Source: Prasinococcaceae sp. CCMP 1430
Lineage: Eukaryota; Plantae; Prasinodermophyta
Reading direction: 5' to 3'
Assembly: GCA_013416795.1 (NCBI GenBank)
Contig: RQSC01000031.1
Coordinates: 246,461-253,078, forward strand
DNA length: 6,618 bases
The notes under the pieces are model-generated. The model saw nothing but the letters and a program-made list of their open reading frames with translations, did not search any database and had not been told where the DNA came from. The position numbers and the translations under genes were made by a program. Numbering within the stretch: the stretch's first letter is position 1; every line of letters begins with the position of its first letter. Below, in pieces: positions 1 to 6,578 of the stretch.

Positions 1-291
1 CTCATCCTCGTCGCCGTCGCATCCGCCGCCGCCAGTGCCCTCGCAGGCTCGGGCGAGCGACCACAGGCTCACGCCCGCGGCGACGTCCGCTGCGAATTTG
101 ACCGCGCCAGCGGCGGACTGCGCTCGGCCGTGCACGAGCCGCGCGTACGGCGCGCCCGGCCGCGCGAGCAGTGCCGCCGCGCCGCGCCGCTCCACGCAGA
201 GGGCGAGGCCCAGCGACGTCCGCGCGTGCTCGAGGCGGAGCGCGCCGCCCGTCGGCGGCAGAGCACAGTCGGCCGCCGCCCTAGCGCACAT
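1..291 (-). CDS. Possible hypothetical protein or exon running off the left edge of the window
   Basis: The minus frame from ATG 291-289 is open to base 1: MCARAAADCALPPTGGALRLEHARTSLGLALCVERRGAAALLARPGAPYARLVHGRAQSAAGAVKFAADVAAGVSLWSLARACEGTGGGGCDGDEDE. It is Ala/Leu/Gly-rich with mostly G/C-ending codons and no recognisable motif. Open frames are cheap at this GC content, and the start is uncertain. Confidence 0.3.
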   Translation of the reverse strand, partial: MCARAAADCALPPTGGALRLEHARTSLGLALCVERRGAAALLARPGAPYARLVHGRAQSAAGAVKFAADVAAGVSLWSLARACEGTGGGGCDGDEDE

Positions 292-778
292 CGCCCGCCG
301 GCGACCGCGCGCCGACGCAAACGCCAGCCCTTTCGCTGCCCCCTGCGCCCCTCGAACGTCACGATCGGGGCGGACAGGGCGTGTGCATGCGCGTGGGCGC
401 GCGCGCGCGTGCGCGCGCGTGTGGGGAGGGGGCGAGGCGCCGGCGGGCAGCTGCCTGGCTGCGCGCTGGCGCGCGACGCGCCGGCGGCTGCCGCATGTAG
501 GTAGGGTCTTGGTCTTTACCCTAAACACCACACCACACGAACCCAATCCTATCGCGCGGCACCGTGGAGGCTGCAGACCTGCGCTCCTGCGCGCGCATGC
601 CCGGGGGCCGGGGTCGCGGCACGCGAGCAGGCGACCGCCCGAGCGCGCGCGCGTGCGCGCGGGGTGGGGCTCTCGGGCGGGCGCGCCCGAGGGTACATAA
701 ACGTGCTCTCCAGTAAGCTTCACCCTCCGCAGCAAAAGTGCAGGCCGGCGCCGTCGGCGCGGGCGCGCTCGCGAGCGC

Positions 779-1411
779 TCAGTTGGCGACGCACGCGGCG
801 AACCCCTCGTTGAGCTCCTTCCTATCGAGCTTCTTGCCGATGAAAACCATCTTGTTGATGCGCTCCTCACCGTCAGCCCAGGGCTTGCCCACGCCCTCCG
901 AGCTGTTGGACATGCCCATCATCATGTGCACGGCCTGGAAGACCCACTTGTCGGGCGAGTCCTTGATAGCGAGGATGCCCTTGCTGCGGTAGATGTCGGC
1001 GCCCTTCTCCTGCAGCAGCTTGCCGAGCCACTGGTTGAGGAGGTTCATGTCCATCTCGCCGGCGAGCGTGATGCCCACGCTCGAGACCTCGGAGTCGTGC
1101 TTGTGGCCGTGCGCGTGCCCGTGCTTGTGGCGCTTGTGGTCGTGCGTGGGGTCCTTGTCCTCCTCGCCCTTGCCGTGGCCGTTGCCGTGACTGTCACCGT
1201 GACCGTGGTCGTGCGAATCCTCCTTGTCGTGGTCGTCGCCGTGGCTGTGGTCGTGGCTGTGCGAGTGGTCCGAATCCGAATGGGAATGCTCGTCAGCCTC
1301 CACGAAGTGCTCGTCCACATCCGCCACGATGCGGTTCAGGTCGAAGCGCTTGATGCCAAGGATCTTGTCCAGGTCGACGACCGAGTTCGTGGTCTCGATG
1401 ATGTCGCAGAA
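779..1411 (-). CDS. COG0523/CobW (ZNG1/YjiA-like) G3E metal-binding GTPase, last exon: His-rich linker and CobW C-terminal domain
   Basis: AG acceptor at 1413-1412, then FCDIIETTNSVVDLDKILGIKRFDL, a His-rich tract, and CobW_C motifs DIYRSKGIL, WVFQAVH and KMVFIGKKLD. TGA stop at 781-779. The exon is 633 nt and joins the upstream exon in phase 0. Confidence 0.93.
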   Translation of the reverse strand, partial: FCDIIETTNSVVDLDKILGIKRFDLNRIVADVDEHFVEADEHSHSDSDHSHSHDHSHGDDHDKEDSHDHGHGDSHGNGHGKGEEDKDPTHDHKRHKHGHAHGHKHDSEVSSVGITLAGEMDMNLLNQWLGKLLQEKGADIYRSKGILAIKDSPDKWVFQAVHMMMGMSNSSEGVGKPWADGEERINKMVFIGKKLDRKELNEGFAACVAN

Positions 1412-1511
1412 CTATCAGGCGCGATAATGGCATAGGTCAGGCGTATGTGCGAAGCGAGCACGCACGCGCGCGCGCGCGTGGGCGAGGGCGACGACGCGCG
1501 CGCCATCGCAC
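1412..1511 (-). other. Spliceosomal intron (100 nt) of the CobW-family gene
   Basis: AAG|GTGCGA donor, CTGAC branch-like motif (1440-1436) and TGATAG|TTC acceptor. Removing it restores AINK|FCDIIET. Confidence 0.88.
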
Positions 1512-1915
1512 CTTGTTGATGGCGTTGATCTGCTTGCGCACTTCGGCCTTCTCGTCCGCGGAAACGAGGTCTGTCTTGTTGAGCAGGATGCGGTCAGCAA
1601 AGGCCACCTGCTGCTCGCTCTCGTTGACGCAGTCCTCCTTGACTTCGTTGAGGTGCAGCCCGATGTGCTTGGCGTCAACCACTGTGAGGATCGAGTCGAT
1701 GTACAGGTTGGCCTTGATGTCCTCATCGGTAAAAAAGGTCTGTGCAACGGGCGCGGGGTCGGCGAGACCGGTGGTCTCAATCATGATTGCGTCGAACTTC
1801 TTCTTCTGACGCATCAGGCGGTTGAGGATGCGGATGAGGTCGCCGCGCACCGTGCAGCAGATGCAGCCGTTGTTCATCTCGAAGACCTCCTCCTGCGTCT
1901 CGATCACGAGCGCGT
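1512..1915 (-). CDS. COG0523/CobW GTPase, middle exon
   Basis: [15 protein letters not shown] (the CxCC metal site diagnostic of COG0523), [13 protein letters not shown] (Walker B ExxG) and [14 protein letters not shown] (G4 NKxD). The exon is 404 nt, phase 1 in and phase 0 out. Confidence 0.95.
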
Positions 1916-2108
1916 CTGCCGCGCGCAGCGAGGGGGCACGGGGCGGGCACGGGTGGCGCGGCCGCGCGGGCGCGGGCGATAGGCCGAGGACCGAGCGCGC
2001 GCGTCAGCGTCCATCTCAGATGCGCGCGCGCACACGAGAGAGACAGACACAGAGAGAGAGAGAGTGGGGCGCGACGCTGGAATGGCTGCATCGCCTGCTC
2101 GCTCTCAC
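1916..2108 (-). other. Spliceosomal intron (193 nt) of the CobW-family gene, containing a CT/GA microsatellite at about 2036-2064
   Basis: GACG|GTGAGA donor and GGCAG|AC acceptor. Splicing gives GID-D-ALVIET in frame. Confidence 0.88.
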
Positions 2109-2225
2109 CGTCGATGCCGATCTCGCCGAACTCGTTCTCAATCACGGCGATCCTCTTGCCATGGTTGCCCGTCAGGATGTGGTTGATGAGCGTGGTCTTG
2201 CCCGCGCCAAGGAAGCCCGTCACAA
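2109..2225 (-). CDS. COG0523/CobW GTPase, Walker A exon (first exon visible; the true start exon was not found)
   Basis: CCGCAG|TT acceptor with ACTGAC branch motif at 2280-2275, then [38 protein letters not shown] (Walker A GxxGxGKT and the ENEFG motif). Confidence 0.95.
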
Positions 2226-2755
2226 CTGCGGGCGCATGCGACCAAGAGCGGCCGAAGGCGCGGCGCGAGCGCGCGTCAGTGCGGGCGCAGCAGGCCGGCG
2301 CGCAGCGGCTCCGGGAGCAGCGCGCGCGCGCTTCCTGCTCCGTCTCTGCCGCGCCCACTCCCTCCCCTCTCTCGCCCCCTCGAGCATGCAGCCACCCACG
2401 CACACACTCACGCGCCGCCTAACCTGACGCCCTGCAGCGCTTCCTCAACCCAGCGCCCAGCGCCCGGCCGAGCGCTCGGCCAATGCGCTGCGCCCCCCTC
2501 GCTGGCGCCCGCCTTCGGCGACGCAAAGTAAGGAAAAGGGCGCGGCGCGCGCCCCGGTTCCGCGGCGGTTCCGTTCCGTGTTTCCGCCGTTTGGGATTCG
2601 CACGGCGCGCGCATGCGCCCGAATTCCGCGCGTTCCCCCCATCCGCCCGCACCCCGTTTTCGCGCCGCTGCGCGCCGAAGCGTCGGTCAGAGCTCGGCCC
2701 GTCTTCTTCGGCCGACGGACCTCTCCCCGCCGCGCTCCGACTTTTTTTTTTCGCC

Positions 2756-2787
2756 CGCGCGCGCGCGCGCGCGCGCGCCCGCGCGCG
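2756..2787. repeat. (GC)n microsatellite preceded by a T run
   Basis: About 11 GC units at 2756-2777 follow a T run at 2742-2751. Similar (GC)n tracts occur at about 397-419, 643-660, 1465-1478, 2320-2331 and 4329-4340. Confidence 0.8.
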
Positions 2788-3551
2788 GGCCACAGCCACC
2801 CCAGCCGGAACATGGCAGCAGTCGGGGCCTTTGGTCCGGCCTTCTCGCCGCGTGGCGCCGCAGGGGAGGAGATCCGCATGCGGGCCCACGGTCGCGCGCG
2901 GATCTTTTCGGAACGCCGCGCGCGACGACGGGGCGGACGCAAGATCATTCGCCAATCAACCAAACAACCAAACACAGAAAAAACGGGTGAGGAAGGAGAG
3001 TGGGTGCGGGTGCGAGAAAGGGTGTTTGGGGGTGGGCGACGGCCGGCGCCCACGCAGGGTGGAAAAGAAGCAAAAACACACCCGAGCTTGCGCGCGGTCT
3101 GAGGCGCGCGAAGAGGGCGCCGAGCGGAATTCGAAAACGGGCGCGGCGCCGCGCGCGCACGCACCGACCAAACAATTCACACTTTTGCAAGCAGCCACCC
3201 GGCAACAGACAAGACATGCACAACTGCAACCGCCGGCCAGCACGCCGTTGAACATCCCACCGACCGGTCGACCGATCGCGATGGGAGCGCAAACGAACCA
3301 CACCGAAAAACCCGGCGCCCCGCTCCCCTGACTCTGATGACTGAATCAAATCAACAGCCCTCAATCAATCAACAGCCAGACGCGCCGCGCGGGGGGCAGG
3401 GTGGCCCGGTGGGGACCTCAACCCTGCCGCCCCGAACCCTCATCGTCGCCCTCACCCTAAAAAACAGGGCGGGAAGGAGGGGGAAAAGGTGCGAGCGCGG
3501 GCCGCCCGAGCGCAGGCCGCTGGGCGGCCGCAGGCGCGGCCGGGGCCGCGG

Positions 3552-3656
3552 TCCGGCGGCGGGCGCGGCGCCACCGGCGGCGGCGCCACCGGCGGGCATC
3601 GAGGCGAGCTTCTCGGCGCCCTCCTTGATCATCTCCTCGAGGTCCTTGCCCTCGAT
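3552..3656 (-). CDS. RPLP2: 60S acidic ribosomal protein P2, downstream exon (3'-truncated; similarity ends in the Ala/Gly hinge)
   Basis: TTCCAG|ATC acceptor, then IEGKDLEEMIKEGAEKLASMPAGGAAAGGAAPAAG, which is the typical P2 helix and hinge. The frame continues into unrelated sequence to TGA at 3371-3369. No EESDDDMGFxLFD tail was found. Confidence 0.85.
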
Positions 3657-4002
3657 CTGGAAGGGCGCGCGGCGAGGCGACGGGGCGGGGGCGCACCAGG
3701 GCGGCGCGTGTCAGCATGACGCGTCGACGATAGGTCAACGATCGCTCCCAGCCCCCTCCCTCCCACGCTCGCCGCCTCGCGCGGCGAGGCAACCACGCGC
3801 AGGGAGCAATCTCGCTCGCGGCGGCACTGGCGGGCGGGGCCACGGGCGAGCAGCCGAGTCGCGCGCCCGGCATCGCACGCAGCGGCAGCGCGGGGACGCG
3901 CCCGACTTCGCACGCGGGCGACTCCGCGCGCGGCCGCAGCTCGCAGCCCCTGATCCTCTCCTCTCTAACCCCTTTCGCGCACACACGAGCACCGCCACGC
4001 AC
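3657..4002 (-). other. Spliceosomal intron (346 nt) of the P2 gene
   Basis: GAG|GTGCGT donor, CTGAC at 3714-3710 and CCAG acceptor. The phase 0 join gives LLLKE|IEGKD. Confidence 0.87.
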
Positions 4003-4130
4003 CTCCTTGAGAAGGAGCTCGATCTTGGCGTCGTCGGCCTCGACGCCGGCGGCCGAGAGGATGGCCTTGATGTCGGCGGCGGAGCCGTCCTTGCCGGCCT
4101 GCTTGGCGAGCATGTACGCAGCGACGACAC
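4003..4130 (-). CDS. RPLP2: 60S acidic ribosomal protein P2, N-terminal domain exon
   Basis: CAACAG|GT acceptor with CTGAC at 4158-4154, then VVAAYMLAKQAGKDGSAADIKAILSAAGVEADDAKIELLLKE, matching the P2 pattern MxxxAAYLL...SAxDIKxILxSVGxEAD. The phase implies a tiny ATG+1 nt first coding exon. There is no ATG on the minus strand in 4131-4399. Confidence 0.9.
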
Positions 4131-4399
4131 CTGTTGCGGAGCGCGCGGCAGGGGTCAGCACGCGGCGCTTGCGCAGCTCGCGGAGGCGGCGACCCGCGCT
4201 CGCGCGCTGGGAGGGCGAGCGCGGCCCGAGCGGTGCCGTGCCGCCTGCAACGGCGGCGGCGTCGACCGCGACCGCGACCGCTGCCCCGCCAGCCTCTGTT
4301 TTTTTCGGCCGGGCTTGCTGCAGCGAGGGCGCGCGCGCGCCGCAACGGCGCGCGGCAGTGCGGCGAGGCAGCCCGCGCGCGCGCCGCACGAACGTGCGG

Positions 4400-5351
4400 N
4401 NNNNNNNNNNNNNNNNNNNNNNNNNNNNNNNNNNNNNNNNNNNNNNNNNNNNNNNNNNNNNNNNNNNNNNNNNNNNNNNNNNNNNNNNNNNNNNNNNNNN
4501 NNNNNNNNNNNNNNNNNNNNNNNNNNNNNNNNNNNNNNNNNNNNNNNNNNNNNNNNNNNNNNNNNNNNNNNNNNNNNNNNNNNNNNNNNNNNNNNNNNNN
4601 NNNNNNNNNNNNNNNNNNNNNNNNNNNNNNNNNNNNNNNNNNNNNNNNNNNNNNNNNNNNNNNNNNNNNNNNNNNNNNNNNNNNNNNNNNNNNNNNNNNN
4701 NNNNNNNNNNNNNNNNNNNNNNNNNNNNNNNNNNNNNNNNNNNNNNNNNNNNNNNNNNNNNNNNNNNNNNNNNNNNNNNNNNNNNNNNNNNNNNNNNNNN
4801 NNNNNNNNNNNNNNNNNNNNNNNNNNNNNNNNNNNNNNNNNNNNNNNNNNNNNNNNNNNNNNNNNNNNNNNNNNNNNNNNNNNNNNNNNNNNNNNNNNNN
4901 NNNNNNNNNNNNNNNNNNNNNNNNNNNNNNNNNNNNNNNNNNNNNNNNNNNNNNNNNNNNNNNNNNNNNNNNNNNNNNNNNNNNNNNNNNNNNNNNNNNN
5001 NNNNNNNNNNNNNNNNNNNNNNNNNNNNNNNNNNNNNNNNNNNNNNNNNNNNNNNNNNNNNNNNNNNNNNNNNNNNNNNNNNNNNNNNNNNNNNNNNNNN
5101 NNNNNNNNNNNNNNNNNNNNNNNNNNNNNNNNNNNNNNNNNNNNNNNNNNNNNNNNNNNNNNNNNNNNNNNNNNNNNNNNNNNNNNNNNNNNNNNNNNNN
5201 NNNNNNNNNNNNNNNNNNNNNNNNNNNNNNNNNNNNNNNNNNNNNNNNNNNNNNNNNNNNNNNNNNNNNNNNNNNNNNNNNNNNNNNNNNNNNNNNNNNN
5301 NNNNNNNNNNNNNNNNNNNNNNNNNNNNNNNNNNNNNNNNNNNNNNNNNNN
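4400..5351. other. Assembly gap (952 N)
   Basis: Run of N. The ORFs in the track that span it are artefacts. Confidence 1.
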
Positions 5352-5431
5352 GCTCGCGCGCTCGGGGGGGGGTGGGTGGGGGAAAACGCTTTTTTTTTTT
5401 TTATTTGCTGTAAAACAGACCTTTGTTCGCA

Positions 5432-5464
5432 CCAGCCAGCCCGCCAGCCTCCAGCCAGCCAGCC
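5432..5464 (+). repeat. Imperfect (CCAG)n tract directly before the endonuclease start codon
   Basis: ccagccagcccgccagcctccagccagccagcc followed by ATGG. Confidence 0.7.
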
Positions 5465-6578
5465 ATGGCGGCCATGAGCCGGCCGGCGCCGCCGGCGGAC
5501 AGCCCCGCCGCGCGCGCCGCCGGCGAACCCCACAAAACCTCTTGTGGGATGTGGGTGGGCGTGCCGGACTGCCGCCAGTTTTTTTGGGGGTGCAAAACTC
5601 TGGATGAATGCTGGGGCTATGGGAGCGGCGCGTTTGAAGGGGATGGGCACTTTTCTGCCCGGGACGGCGACCCGCTCATTGCATTCAAAAACACCTCCGA
5701 AAGGATGGTGAGGCTGCAGGAGTGCCTGTTTCGCAGCGCTGCCGATTTCGCAGCGCAGGTGCACAAATATTACCCCAAAAACCCTGCGCGCAAACCCTAT
5801 TGGGTGCTCAAACTCGCAAACCGCGGAGCGATTTGCGCGATCGTTGCAAAAATGCGCAAATATCTGTGCGACAAAAAAAGCTTCGAAGCACGCATTTTGC
5901 TCAGAAACTGCGGCGCTGGTGGCTTTGAAATTGCCCAGACGGAGGAGGAGCGCGAGGCCGAACGCGCGCAGCGCGAAAAAAAATTCGCGGCGCTGCCGGA
6001 GGGGGAGCGCCGCGCCTGGGAGGCCGGGGTGAGGGACGCGGACGGCGTGAACCAGTTGGTGGATTTGGCGGAGCGCGACGCCAGCGGAAGGGTGCGGTCT
6101 GTGGCGTGCGAAATCCAAATGACCTGCCCCAGCGTGATTTTACGGTTGCTGCGCGCGAGCGGAGTGAAGACCGTGGGAATCCACGTAATTCCCGCGCGCG
6201 CGAACAACAAACCGCGATACACTTTTCGGTTTTCGCGGCGCGGCGACGTCGCGCGCGTCATCGGCGGGTACGCCCGTTTTTTACAAAGCGAGAAAGCGCG
6301 CGGGGCGGCGGACGCGCAGCTCGCAGAGCTGAAGCGCCGCGACGCGGAGGGCGTGCCTGAACCGGTGTTTCTGAACACCACACATGAGCAGCATCGCCAG
6401 CGCCAGCTCACCGACGTTGGCGGCCGCCTTGGCGGGAGCGGCCGCGGGGGCAAGCTCCTGGCGCAGGCACCTCATCGCCGCGGCCGTGCCCCCCGAGTAC
6501 AGCGCCTCGAGGTACTTCTGCTGCAGCAGGGCGAACCACGCAGCAGCCATCGCCTGCGCCCACACCCGCGCCCACACC

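Noticed and set aside
2406-2418. Strong GTGAGT donor on the minus strand as the end of the missing CobW first exon
   Set aside because: The phase needed to join the Walker A exon has a TAG two codons upstream, and there is no ATG or PVT motif.
2466-2481. 16-bp perfect palindrome GGCCGAGCGCTCGGCC, plus inverted repeats at 2870-2905 and 3261-3270
   Set aside because: Such palindromes are plausible by chance in very GC-rich DNA, and no partner terminal repeat or target-site duplication was found.
3300-3350. CTGATGA with nearby CGAAA and CTGA, suggesting a hammerhead ribozyme or C/D snoRNA
   Set aside because: The required hammerhead stems could not be formed. The CTGA directly follows the C-like box, leaving no snoRNA body or terminal stem.
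35-3364. Numerous Arg/Ala/Pro-rich ORFs on both strands (for example 35-700, 926-1435, 2445-3164, 2483-3331)
   Set aside because: These are low-complexity translations of (GC)n-rich non-coding DNA or antisense shadows of the CobW exons, with no motifs.
3337-6118. Long ORFs (425-756 aa) in the track that span the N run
   Set aside because: These are artefacts of translating N as X. Their real parts are antisense shadows of P2 and the endonuclease.
6362-6382. PVFLN-T resembling an intein C-terminal Asn followed by a +1 Thr
   Set aside because: There is no penultimate His, no recognisable block A, B or F, and no N-extein. The would-be C-extein is the antisense strand of another gene.
6407-6412. 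GTGAGC donor inside the CTLH exon as its true 3' end
   Set aside because: Not excluded, but coding similarity (ELA...LLMC) continues for about 10 codons beyond it, so the junction at 6380 is preferred.
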